A DNA stretch of 64,000 bases from the NCBI GenBank assembly GCA_040357565.1, contig JBDODJ010000002.1; one strand, given 5' to 3'. Both the position numbers and the translations under genes were made by a program. Of the stretch, positions 13,493 to 25,027 are shown piece by piece. Numbering within the stretch: position 1 is the first letter of the stretch; every line of letters begins with the position of its first letter. The notes under the pieces were generated by a model. The model saw only the letters and a list, made by a program, of their open reading frames with translations. It ran no database searches and was not told the origin of the DNA. Origin of the DNA: Cercozoa sp. M6MM (Eukaryota > Protista > Endomyxa: Ascetosporea).

Positions 13493-14179
13493 TTAGTAGA
13501 CCGAGAGTTGGCTCGGGCGGTAGACGTCGTACGAATACTGACTGTACTGCACTTGTGCTGGCTGAGCAGTGAGCTGGTACAGCGGCTGCGAGCTTGAGGG
13601 GCCCCAACCAGCGGCGCTGAGTCCGTTTCGGCCGTTGGAGTAAACGGCCACTGGAGACGCCGGCGTGTATTGATACTGGTATCGATAAGCCGACACAGGC
13701 ACTGGCGTAGAATTGCTCCAGGCTGCACCTGGAGCCCCAGGGTATTGGTATTGCAGCAGCTCACCACACGAGTAGCCAACGCCTCCGTATTGACTCGCGC
13801 GAGCCGAGCAGGGAGGTACTGCCGACGTCACCAAGGGTATCGGCATCTGCAGCGGAACCTAGCAGGCGAATGGAAATTTGCGTAACATTCGATCCGACGA
13901 ACACTTGCATATCGATCCTACAGTAGCTGCCGGTTTGTTGCTGTAGTTTTCGCGGCTCACCTGCTCGGCTCCCTCGGGAATGAGGGTGGCCACGGTGTCG
14001 TACGGTTGTGAGTTCGTAGCTCCTGTCCAACAATGCAGTCGCGGCAATATTAAATATACAGCGAGAGCTATACAGTAAAGTATTTTACCGACACCGACAC
14101 GCTGGTCGATTCGCGGAGACTGAGAGCTTGAAGCTGCTGCAGTCGCTGCGACAACTGCAATTGCCATCAAAACTGTCAT
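13493..14179 (-). CDS. Hypothetical secreted Tyr/Gln/Ser/Pro-rich protein
   Basis: Signal-peptide-like N-terminus MTVLMAIAVVAATAAASS; two short introns; low-complexity C-terminal exon (YRYQYQYTP, QVQYSQYSY); TAA stop. Confidence 0.6.
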
Positions 14180-14679
14180 TTATTCAGTCTCTATTCTCGA
14201 TATTGTCTCTTCTTGATGGTCACTACTAATGAATCAAAGGTAGCAAGCAAACCGGGCGCCTGACGGCGGGATCATCAAAAGATGCGAAAGCTGCGTGCCA
14301 CTTGACTATTTTTGCGTGGTTGCTGCGTGACTAGGAACTTTCGCCGAGTCAGTCGAGGTTTCCCTTCGGCTCTCGGAGTCTCGGTTCAACGAAAGACTGT
14401 AGAAACCTGCAGCTTGTGTGTGTCAGTGTACAGCTCTATACAAAACTGCCACGCCGCTGACCGGTTTCAGCGCAGTACATTTACGGCAGGCCTTATGCGT
14501 CAATTACTAGCGTAGTGGGGAGTTCAGACCACTGAAAACCCAACAACCATGTACAGGATCCTACAGGCAGTTCCCCTGTAAGTCTTGGGGGTCACAAGAG
14601 TACGGTAAGCAACGAAAGTATCTGACGCGAAGTGAACGTGAAGCCAATGCTAGCGCTGCCCTGCTTGCGTTTCATCTAA

Positions 14680-16920
14680 TTACTCATGATCATCGTGATC
14701 ACGTGGACGTGAGCCGCCGGCGCTGCTGTTTAGCTCATCGTGATCTGCGGGCCCGGTGCGTAGAGATTCGTGATGCGAGTGCTCGGCTTCATAGTCTGCA
14801 TTGGCGGGAGCGCCGTCCGGGGTATCACTCAGATCACCAAAAGCCAGCGCGTCCGCCTCAAAATCATCCCGATCATCTTCTGGGTCATCTTCGTCCTCGT
14901 CCGCATCGTCGGCAACCTCAGCGAGCAACGCGGCCTCGAGAATCGCGTTCAATCGCTCATCACCATCCTCGTCATCATCCCCATCGTTGTTGCTGCTGCT
15001 GATACTGCTGTTGTTGTTGTCGTCGTCATCGTCGTTGTTGTTGTTGCCATCGTCGTCATTGTTGCCGTTTTCGTTGTCATCATTAATTTCTGTGTGGTTG
15101 GCGTCAGAGCTTTCAAAGTGGTGGTGCACCACAGGCTGCATCACAATGTGTGCACTGCCTCCTTCCGATAGACCACTCAGATTGGACAACACGCTCTGCA
15201 GCACCGAGCCGAGGCCTGTGCAAGTACCTTCCAGCGGCTCACAACAAGGAAAGAAATAGAAGCCAACACACCAGGCAAAGCGGAGCGCGCAAGTTGTTGG
15301 AACATCTGTGGGGTGCTACTGCTTTCGCTGGTTTCGGTGTTAGTCGCCGTAGCACTGGATCGAGTTTCCGTACGAGGTTCCGCGCCGCTGTCGGTGGGAG
15401 GAGTGAAGTCCACCTGGTGCACCGTGTTGGACAAGGCAATGAGTGCGCCGCCGAGTTGCCGCATGTAGGACGCACTGTTACAAAGGGTATGCACCCACCA
15501 AAAAAAGCAACAGCTTATGGAGCAAGTACACGCGATCGGCTCGTCGTTTTGCAGCCACACGACGGTGCGAAAGTTGCGTTGGCGCCTCCTCTTCCTCCTA
15601 AGAAACGGTCCCATACAATCAGAAAGAAATAGAGTTAAACACAGGAAAACACCTCGTCAGAGTCAACTTCTTGCTGCGGCTCTTCCGACTCGTTCTAGAA
15701 ACAGCACAGATTTAACACAACATAGGAAAACACAAAGAGGAAGGAGATCCAGGCTTACATCAAGGTGGAGCAGCTCGTTGCGCAACTGGCGGAAGTCGCT
15801 GTCGTTGCCGACGCGACCAAGCACGCGAGAGACCTTCGAAACACAAACATACACTGTCTGTCTGTGTTAAAATATCAAAAATGGATTTGCACCTGGTCCA
15901 GGAGACCGGCGACACGCCGACGACGGCGTTTCACTTGCGCTGCCGTGTGACCCGAGGACTGAGCAAGAAAACTTGGGGTGGGGGGGGGGCAGGAAGGTAA
16001 AGTAGAGGAAGGAAGTGGCAGTACCTGATTGAGCAGGCGCACCTCGGCTGCCGTAGCTCGTGGACGACGCTGCCGGCGCACACCGGCGCGACGTCGGTAT
16101 GTCCTGCGTACACTGTTAGCAAACACGTTACAGCTGTTGAAAACCAAGCGTGTACCGCGCAATAGAGTCGTCCAACAAACTTGCCAGTGTGTTCCATGAT
16201 CGCCGTTGCGCCGTGTGACTCTACATTAAACAGGCAAGGAAAAAGGCAAAATCGTCAAAGGGTTGCCTGTCTTTATCAGGGTCCGCTTGCGTAGAATCTT
16301 ACGCTGACCAAACGTGGTGTCGAAAGCTGAAAACTGGGCGAAAGACCAGCCGGCAGCGGACGCGCGCTCTGTTGAAACGAGCGCATCAGGGGGCTGCGTC
16401 GGAGTGAGCTGTACAAAGAGAGAATATTCACAGAAAAGGCAGAGATCAGTAGCAGCGCCTTACCTACGAACTGCACCTCGCGGTGCCGAACTCGGTTCCG
16501 TCGATGCACGTGCCGAGGCACGAGCCTCTGCCGCTTGACGTGCTTCCTGCGATCGTGGGCGCGGCACGAGGTGCAATTTGTCACCACTTGAAATCCCAAC
16601 CTCACCGAGCGGCGTTTCAGCATGCAAACGACGGCCTTAAAAAAAAAAGTACCAACACTTGCCAAAACATGCTGTGCTGCGACACTGGTAGCTTTCGTGC
16701 ACCTCTGAAGATAAGAAGCTGCCGTTCTTTAGGCCAGTCGGGCAACTTGCCGGCGACAATATCCATTAGATCACCCACATTAGCGCTGACCGGAATGTCC
16801 TACAGAATTTTAACAATCCGAAACGACGATCAAAACATACATCATTCCAAACTGCAAACATACGACGTCCACCGGGTCTGCAGCCAAGCGTTTGACCGTA
16901 AGATGCAATGTTTCACTCAT
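14680..16920 (-). CDS. N-terminal ubiquitin-like domain protein (BAG6/Scythe-like architecture) with long Asp/Asn-rich tail
   Basis: Spliced MSETLHLTVKRLAADPVDVDIPVSANVGDLMDIVAGKLPDWPKERQLLIFRGRRLHAETPLGEVGISSGDKLHLVPR is a UBL fold pattern; last exon is very D/N/E-rich. Confidence 0.72.
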
Positions 16921-17173
16921 TTAACAAGCAGATTTTACTCTAGAGGTCTGTGCGCCGAGAATTCGAAAGTTCTGGTGTTGTGGCTCGCTGGGAGCCAAAA
17001 ATATGAGCCAAAAGACTGATCGAAGGTCCCGGTGCCGGCAGGAATGCGCAGGTGCAGGCGCAGTCACGTTTGATATGGAACTGAGGGCATTCAATCACTG
17101 GCCAAATCGAGTGTTTTAGTTGCAGCGATCAGAATCGACTCGGCGGGCCTCTGCCATGGGTGGCTCGTGCATC

Positions 17174-19195
17174 ATGGGCGACGTGCACACTGTATTCGCG
17201 ACCTGTACATGAGGTGTATGTGCCTTTGAATGCGACGTTTGGGCTTAGAAAATGCGACCGTCGCTGCTAAGCAGCGAGGCGAGTGCCACGCAGTCCGTAA
17301 ACATGCGAGGCCTCGTCAACCTGGTCCTTCCCTTTCCCACATTTACCCCTTACCCCCCCCCCCGCGCGCACTGGGCCATGGTACGGTCGATTTTCCAGGC
17401 CGTGATCGTGGCAGGCGCTGCGTCACTTCGTTTGATCTGCGAGAACTTTTTGAAATATGGTACCCCCTCCCCGCCCCGCCCCCCCCACTTTCCTGTTCAG
17501 GTGATCCCCGCTTCCCTTCCAGGATGGTTGCTACCGTCGTTTGAGGTGTCGAAACTGGAGGCCGACAGTGACAATACGGGCGTATTGACGGCGTTGTCAC
17601 TGCTGCCTTTGCTGTCGCTGGCACAGCTGCTGCTGGAAAAGGCTGTCAGCAGGGATACACCCAAGCTGCACCGGTTCGCCTCGATGTTGCACGGTTTTCT
17701 CGTGGCCGTACTATTGTGCTTCCCCCCTTCTACCAATTTACTCCCTTGTTACCCTATCTTACCCCTCCCGTCGCTAGGTCTGCGTGATCGGCACAAGTGC
17801 GATTGTTTGGCGTCGTCCGGCTCCTCTTTTGGTACTGCAACTTGTGGGAAGTGGGTAATACGGCAAGGGAGGTAAACGGGCCAGTAAGTGCGCAGAGTGG
17901 CGTGATGTGTATGATGACGGCGTTGGCACACGGCATGAAGATGGTGTCGTTCGCGCACGTGCACTGCGCCTCATCACACGCACTGCGACCGACGCTGCCC
18001 CAGTTGGCGGACTTCCTGTGCGCGCCGACGCTGTGCTACCAGCCCTCTGTACACCCTGCTGTTGTTGTTTCTTGTTGTATGTCTTGTTATGTATTTTGTG
18101 CAGTATCCACGTACGCAGCGCGTGCGGTGGCGCTTCGTAGCGCGTCGACTGGCCGAGCTGGTCGTGTGCTACACGCTGATGTTCTTCATCTGGTTCCAGT
18201 ACTACCTCTTTGTCCCACCCATCCTCTGCTGCCCTCTTATTCTGTTGCCCCGCTATTCTGTTGTCCCGATCTATCGTACCGTTGTGTTCAGGTACCTGCG
18301 ACCAGTGGTGATGAACTCAATGTCGCACATCGAGTGCGCTCTTAGTTGGCCGCCTCAAAAAGTAGCCTTTCCATTTTGACTTGCTGTGAGAGTAGCAGTA
18401 CCAGTACCTACAAGTGCCTGTTGAACAAGATTGTTTTTGTTGGTTGGGCAGTACGGCATTCCTGTGCCTGACTACGGCAAGTGCGTGCTGCGAACCTTCG
18501 AACGTCTGCTGAAAGTGGCGCTTCCGAATCTCTGTTTTTGGCTGCTGCTCTTTTTCTCCTTCTTCCACTCGTACACCGTGTCTTCTCCCTTGCCCCTTAA
18601 CACCTTGCTATTTCTCCCTTGTACCTCAGGTACCTAAACCTGGTAGCCGAGTTGATTCGGTTCGGCGACCGACAGTGGTACAAGGACTGGTGGAACTCTG
18701 CCGATCTCGGCGAGTACTGGCGCAAGTGGAATCTTCCAGTGCACAACTGGATGTATCGGCACTTGTACCGACCGGCCTTGCAGAGCGGCATGTCCTCCTT
18801 TGCAGCACAACTGTGTGCTTTTCTGTTAAGTGCTGTTGGTCATGAACTCGTCATCTCAATTCCGTTTCACGCCGTCCATGGTACCATTTCCCTTTTTTAA
18901 GGTAGATACCAGAGTGTTTTAACATGGACACTTGCAGCCTACGCTTTCGTGGCCATGCTTGCTCAGTTGCCTCTCATTCTGGTGCGTTTTCTTTTTCCTC
19001 TCTTTCACTGCTCTTTCACCGCTCTGTTGCTTTTAGCTCACGATGAAGCTGCGTGTGTTGATGCCGGGCCGGCGCGGCAAAATTTGGGGCAATGCCATCT
19101 TCTGGGTCAGCTTCGTGATCCTGGGACAACCGCTGGCCGTGCTGATCTACACCTACGAGCGACTGCAGGTCGACCCGTCCAGCCTTGCGGATTGA
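17174..19195 (+). CDS. DGAT1: Diacylglycerol O-acyltransferase 1 (MBOAT)
   Basis: H-x-K-MRPSLLSSE...NMRGLVNL, ICENFLKYG, MKMVSFAH, FLCAPTLCYQPSYPRT, FGDRQWYKDWWNS, YWRKWNLPVHNWMYRHLYRP, SAVGHEL, GNAIFWVSFVILGQPLAVLIY. Confidence 0.92.
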
Positions 19196-19478
19196 CCGGA
19201 CCTGTCAGACGTCATCCGTCGGTACGTACGGTCGGGTACGTATGACCAGAATTTCCGCCCGGGCAACGAAACGCTACCTAGCAGTACGGTTTATAACCAA
19301 CGTGAACAAAGCTGTTAAAACCCGTTGGACTGTCGGAAATTTTTCAGTTAGGTTTACTACTATTTAAACAGTGCGTGCGTATACGCATGCGTACGAGCGA
19401 GGAACGAGGTTGAGGATGGTCGCCGCGCGTCATGGGCACATGTGCCGCTGAGTCGAGTTCCCAGTTTGTTCCGCCAGT

Positions 19479-20492
19479 TTAGCTGTGGGCCGGGTAATCA
19501 CCACTCATGGCAATAATGTAGGAGATGCCAAGAGAAGGCTGGTGCTTGTTCACTGTGACATCTCCGGTTGCCGTCAGTTCCACGGGTACCTAAAGATTGC
19601 GGAGTGTAATTCCCTCAGTGTACATACAGTACTATACAGTACCTCCACTGTCGTAGGAGCACCGGCGCCAACCGGCGTGACACCGGGAAACGTGTTGAGG
19701 TCCATCGTTTGAATACCCACGGCGTCAGCACTGAGCCCGAGGACAACCATAACAAAATTCGATTGAGAGCAAAAGCAGCAAACTTACGGATCGGAGAAGC
19801 TTAGACCGGTATCGAGCAGAATACGACCAGGTGAGAAACTGCCTGCTCATCATCGGATGCAGAGCCATCTGCGAGGAACACAAGCTGAGCAGTCTGTACT
19901 TTGCGGGTTGGTGCTGGCGCTGGCAAACGCGACCTGCGGTGTGAACGCAGGAACTGCCGTAGCCGGGATATCAACGTCCAACGTCTGTTGGTTTGAGGAA
20001 ACTTGCACTTGCGAGATCGACTCATCGACTCCGAACTTAGCTCCAAGATACACGGCTACAGTAAACCAATATTGCCTTCGTCCACAGTAGGCCACATGGT
20101 TCATAAGCACAGTTTAACTAAACCTACGATCCAGTCCGGGTGCAATTCCAGCTCCAACAGGGACGCGAGCGCGAAGATCCGGCAGACCAAAGGTGGAGAC
20201 ACCGTTGCCACCATACGTGGTGCCAAGAATGCTGAAGAGTGCCTATTTTAGATACCTCGAATTGATCGAAATTTCGCAAGGATTGAATTCGAAGTGGTGT
20301 ACCGGGTTGTCGTTGATTGGCAGGATCTGGCCATCACAGAACGCGTAGCCGACAGGCGCATAGTTACCTGCGAACAGCTTGATCTCTCCCTGCAAGGGAA
20401 CATGCCAAGCACTTTATTTAAACAGTGCCTCCCCTCCGAAGTCACTGCAATGCGGCACATTGAAATTCAGTTCAACTCACAAGAATGGGCAT
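19479..20492 (-). CDS. Phage tail-collar domain / microcystin-dependent (MdpB-like) tail-fibre protein, 207 aa, 7 exons
   Basis: Exons 20492-20481, 20389-20303, 20242-20128, 20055-19900, 19842-19788, 19730-19643, 19589-19479 (624 nt, open frame). Translation MPILGEIKLFAGNYAPVGYAFCDGQILPINDNPALFSILGTTYGGNGVSTFGLPDLRARVPVGAG...NKHQPSLGISYIIAMSGDYPAHS*. Both the N-terminal collar motif and the C-terminal QPxLxxxYIIAxxGxxP motif of the bacterial family are present. Confidence 0.92.
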
Positions 20493-20602
20493 GTCTGGAC
20501 GGTTCTCAAGGGAGCTTTCCTGGCGTAAGTGTAGGTTTTGCAAAGGGAATCCGGGTGCTGCAAAAGACCAATTATGGCGGTTCACCAACTCCCGGAATTC
20601 CA

Positions 20603-20699
20603 CACGTGTTCCAATACACGAGAGTCGTCGATCGATCACCTGGGCCACTGATCGATCAGTTGGGTTATTGATCGATCACTTGCTACACGTGACTATTGG
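20603..20699. promoter_or_regulatory. Phased palindromic motif array upstream of the tail-collar gene
   Basis: GATCGATCA at 20630, 20650 and 20670 (exact 20-bp period), flanked by CACGTG at 20603 and 20686 and by CCAAT (20611)/ATTGG (20695). Confidence 0.55.
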
Positions 20700-20907
20700 T
20701 ACAGTTGACGGGAACACAGATGACATTGTTCGGTACAGTAAGTTTATTCATTCAACGGCTGCCTACTTTACCCCATAGTCAGGTCGATACAAGTACTGAC
20801 AAACAACTTCAGTTTCGTTTTCGCTGTCATGATGGATTGAAACAGTCCTAGCAGCACTGCGACTAAACAGAACAGAAATCTCCGAGGCTGCCGTCTGAGT
20901 GTTCCGT

Positions 20908-21736
20908 TCAATGTCGAAATAACTCAACTCGCTGACGCACAACCTCTCCGTTGGCCACAAAAGCCAAGTGCAGCTGTGTTGACGAAGGCAGCAAAGTCAG
21001 AGCACGCTGCAGCGCGTCACAGGACGGTATGTCTTCTTCCAACACAATTGCAGCCGCTCGTGGCACCGGAGGTTTCGATCGCTTGAACGACGCGCTTTCG
21101 TCGTACGTCAAAACAACATGCGACTCGGGGAAGATGTCTCGCAGTCTTGCGCACAACTCGTTCGTTTCGAACGGCGCTTCCTCCGAGTCAGGACGACTTC
21201 GTTTACATGGTAACACGCTCGCGCTGCTTTCGTTCGAAGCCTTCTGCTGTTCGAGTAACTTTGCTGGTTTTTTCGCCATTTTTTTACGTTTTTCGGTTTG
21301 CTTCGCGGCCATGCGCTCGCGATTTCGCTCGATTTCCGCATTCGCTTCGCAAAGCACCTCAGGCGGCATGTCTCGACCGTTCCACAAGTGCGTTTGAATC
21401 TCCCGAGCAATTGACGACTCTGAAGCGGCAAAACGGACATCCTCCAGCACGCACACACAGTTTTGCGAAACCTCTGCACAAGAAATCTTGCTGGATACAA
21501 GCTTGACGAACACAACAGATCGACTCACCTGAGCTGAGTTGAGATGCCGTGATACTGACCCCATTTAAACCGATAAGCGTCAACAACGACCGACGCAACA
21601 ATAACAAGGTTTCTGATGGCGTCAAACAGTGCTTGCCTCGCACGGTGCCGCCATAACTTCGCAGCACACTTCCACGCGGACGCGTGACTATCGTCAGTCG
21701 CTCACGAGCATACCACACACCTTCTGAGCACACCAT
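20908..21736 (-). CDS. tRNA-splicing endonuclease subunit Sen54-like
   Basis: N-terminal GVWYARERLTIVTRPRGSVLRSYGGTVRGKHCLTPSETLLLLRR and C-terminal IPSCDALQRAL...LHLAFVANGEV match the Sen54 N- and C-terminal patterns; one 55-nt intron. The start codon is uncertain. Confidence 0.62.
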
Positions 21737-21985
21737 GTGCCAAGACACACTGAACTAAACCCAAAAAAGTCGTCTGTTGCACTAAAAAAGCCAAACAAAA
21801 AGCCATACTGAGCCGACAGAGCTGATACGCAAGAGCGAGCATCCTCAGAGGCCCCAAGACGAGTCACGATCGGTAGGAAGTCGGGAAATTGCTGGGCTGA
21901 GGCGTGTGCGTCGTAGTGGCCGTGCTGAGCGACTTTTTACAGTTTGGAAAGTCGAGCCCAGTGACCGGCGAGTGCACCAGCTGCA

Positions 21986-24529
21986 ATGGAGACTCTCGGC
22001 AAGGCGTGGAACAGCGTCAAGAACTCGGTCGACCAGCACATCGTGCGTTAGCGCCCCGCGAGCGTTTCTGCGCATTATTTTCCTGTGTGTTTTGGGGGTT
22101 TTGCAAAGCTGTTGGGCGAGATAAAAGCGTTCCATGTGAAAAACAGGGCACTGATGTCGAGCTTCGCGTGAAAGAGGCTACAAGCAACGAAAACTGGGGC
22201 GCGCCAAACTCACTGAAAGCAGAAATCGCTCGCTACACGTTCAACTATGAGGAGATGCGCGAGGTGATGATCGTGATCTGGAAGCGTCTCGGCGAAAAGA
22301 AGCGCAACTGGCAGGTATCTACTTGCTTTCTCCCATTTGTTATCGACTCCATACGTCCCCCGTAGATGGTGTTCAAGTCGTTGTCGCTGCTAGAGTACCT
22401 CGTCAAGAACGGCAGCGAACGCGTCGTCGATGACGCTCGCGATCACATGTATGACCTTGACTCCTTTGCCTTTTTGCCTTTTCTCTCCTTTACAACTTTG
22501 CTCCCTCGGTGTAGTTACCAACTGCGCATGCTGAACACGTTCCGTCACGTTGATGAGGACGTACGGCTTTTATGCTTCCTCTCGTCAGCATGGTATATAT
22601 CGCTTGGGATATAGGGCCGCGACCGAGGCAACGGCATCCGCGAATTGTCCAAGCAACTTGTCGAACTGCTCGAGGTTCTTTCACACTGAGGGCAGAGGGA
22701 CAAAGGATGTACAGTTTCGGTGTATGCGTACAACAGGACCGCCGGCAGCTCGAGCAGGCGCGCGAAGAGGCGCGCAAGAACGCCGCCAAGTTCCAGCAAA
22801 TCCGCGGCTCCGCGCGAACAGGCGGTGGTAGCTACGGTGGCTATGGCGGTCGCAGCGGTGGCTACACTGGTCGTAGTGGTGGCTACGGCAACCAAAGCAG
22901 TGAGTACGGTGGTCAAAGTGGTGGCTACGGCGGCCCCAGTCGTCGTTACGAGGACCGACCGACGAGGGACGTGCCGAGGCGCGAGACATCGTCATCGTCG
23001 CCTTCGTGGGATGCTCCGCGCACGCCTGAGCGACGCCGTCCTGTACCCTTCTCCCATTTTGACCTCTTGCACTCTGCTTTTACCCACCCGTATGGCAGGA
23101 ACAAGACAGAAAAGCGCACCAGAAGCGCGCGCAGAAGCGACAGGGTGCTTAATATCTGGCACACGTTAGAGGAGCCTATTGCAAAACGAGGTGACCTTCG
23201 CATGTGTGCAGAGATGTTCGATCCGCGTGCCGCCAAACCGAAGCCAGTCAAAACTGAGCCGAAGCCCGAGCCGAAGCCAGCGGCGAACGATGATGACTGG
23301 AGCATGTTTGAAACGGCGACCCCTGTCACCACGGTACACTGTTATCCCTCTTCCTTCCTTCCCTCTTTGCGCCTTTGACCAACACCCTCGCAGGCTCCAA
23401 AGCAGGATGCCGAGAGCGCGTTCGCATTCATCCCGGTGGCGCCGTCGGCCAAGACAGCACCGACTGCGAGCACTGTTCCGAGCACTACGGCTGCGCCCAG
23501 CACTGGTTTTTGACCTTTGCCTTCTTTCCCTTTAGCTTGCTTTACCCCAGCTACCCTCCTTAGGCAATGACGACCTGACCGATATGTTCGCTGCCATGGC
23601 CGTGTCGACGACTACGGCGGCGTCTGTGCAAGCTATCCCTGCTCCTGCTGCCGATCCTGTGGTCAATGAGTTGTTCAGCGGCATGTCGCAGCCTGTGCAC
23701 TCTGGTAACCTCTCTTCGTCCGTATGAGCTTCATTAGCTGTATGTTGCCTGCAGGTGGCGTCACGATGGGCGGAACCAAGCTTTCGTCCAAACCTAATCC
23801 AGCGGAGCAGCCCAAGAAACAGTCTGCCGCTGCCGACTCGTACCCTTGCTCCTGGCTGTTTACCCTCTTTGTGCTTTTTCCCCATAAACTCCCACCCTAC
23901 ACTCGCTTTTGGGCCTGCAGTTGGGGCATCGACAGTGCGCTGGTCGACTTTACCGACCTCGCCGCGGCCAAACCCGACAAGAAGAAAAAGCCAGCGGTGG
24001 ATCTCGGCATGCGCGGTGCTCCGCGCGGAAGCGCTCCTCAGCGCGGAGGTGCCACCGGCAACTACGGCTTGGGTACGGCGACTTCGTCGGGTGCCACAGA
24101 CATTTTTGGTCTGCCTGCGGCGAGCAACGCGCCGACTCAAATGACTGCTCCCACTCAGATGAGTCGCATGAGTCACATGGGCCAAATGGGTCACATGGGC
24201 CAAATGGGTCACATGGGCCAGATGACGCCACAGCAGATGCAGCAGATGCAACAGATGCAGATGCAACAACAAATGCAGATGCAGCAGATGCGCATGATGC
24301 AACAGCAACAGCAACAACAGCAGTTTGGTATGATGGGCGGCACCATGGGCGGCGGTATCGACCCCTTCGCGCAGGTCGTGCAGAAGCGCTCGCAGCCTGC
24401 CACCACGACGACGCAGTCATCGGTAGACGTTTACCCCACAGCCTGCCCTTTCGTGTACAAATATAACCCTCATTGTAGAGCCAGAAAGCCAAACCGCAGA
24501 GCGACGCCTTCGCCGGTCTCGGATGGTAG
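21986..24529 (+). CDS. ENTH-domain protein (epsinR/CLINT1/Ent3-like)
   Basis: VKEATSNENWGAP...IWKRL...NWQMVFKSLSLLEYLVKNGSERVV; acidic-aromatic motifs (DDWSMF, DLTDMF, LVDFTDL); Met/Gln-rich tail; ends DAFAGLGW-TAG. Confidence 0.92.
24170..24322 (+). repeat. Coding tandem repeat (18-bp unit encoding GHMGQM) and Q/M-rich microsatellite-like tract in the ENTH gene
   Basis: CACATGGGCCAAATGGGT units repeated about 3 times, followed by CAG/CAA/ATG codon runs. Confidence 0.8.
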
Positions 24530-25027
24530 GCGCGTCGTGCGAAACTGTTGGTTGCTCCTCGGCTCCAGGTGAGTGTTCTCGTCGGGATCTCAGATCGTCG
24601 GCGTCGCGTCTACACGTACACGACGAACTTCAATCAAATTTAGGTGCGCTCTGTCAGGTTCAATACTAGTTTCGTTTATTACAGTAATTCGATATCGATC
24701 GAACTTGTCCGGTCTTGGGCCGCGCCGGGTTCAGTTTAATTTAATGTTAATCATGACCGGACGGGGCAACATTGCTTGTGCTGTGCGGCAGTATACTCAT
24801 GTTTTTTCGCCCCGAAACGCGATTTCCACTCCACGTGCCGATCGCTATGATGCTTCGCACGCGGCTAGTGTGTTTATAGAGCACTGGGGGGCCAGTGAAA
24901 CTTTCCTATCTCAGTTTTATCGGCTCACCATTCTTACCCGATGATGCGGAAAATTCCCATTTGTTGCAATGTTTGAGTAGGGGTCGAGTACTGGCGGCTT
25001 TGCGTCGACGAATATTTGGCGCGTCGT

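Noticed and set aside
19479-20492. Bacterial or phage contamination as the source of the tail-collar gene
   Set aside because: Six spliceosomal introns of host-typical size are needed to restore the frame, and both neighbours are intron-containing eukaryotic genes with no gap between.
20630-20678. Regularly spaced repeats as a mini-CRISPR array
   Set aside because: 9-bp repeats with 11-bp spacers are far too short; eukaryotic context; no cas genes.
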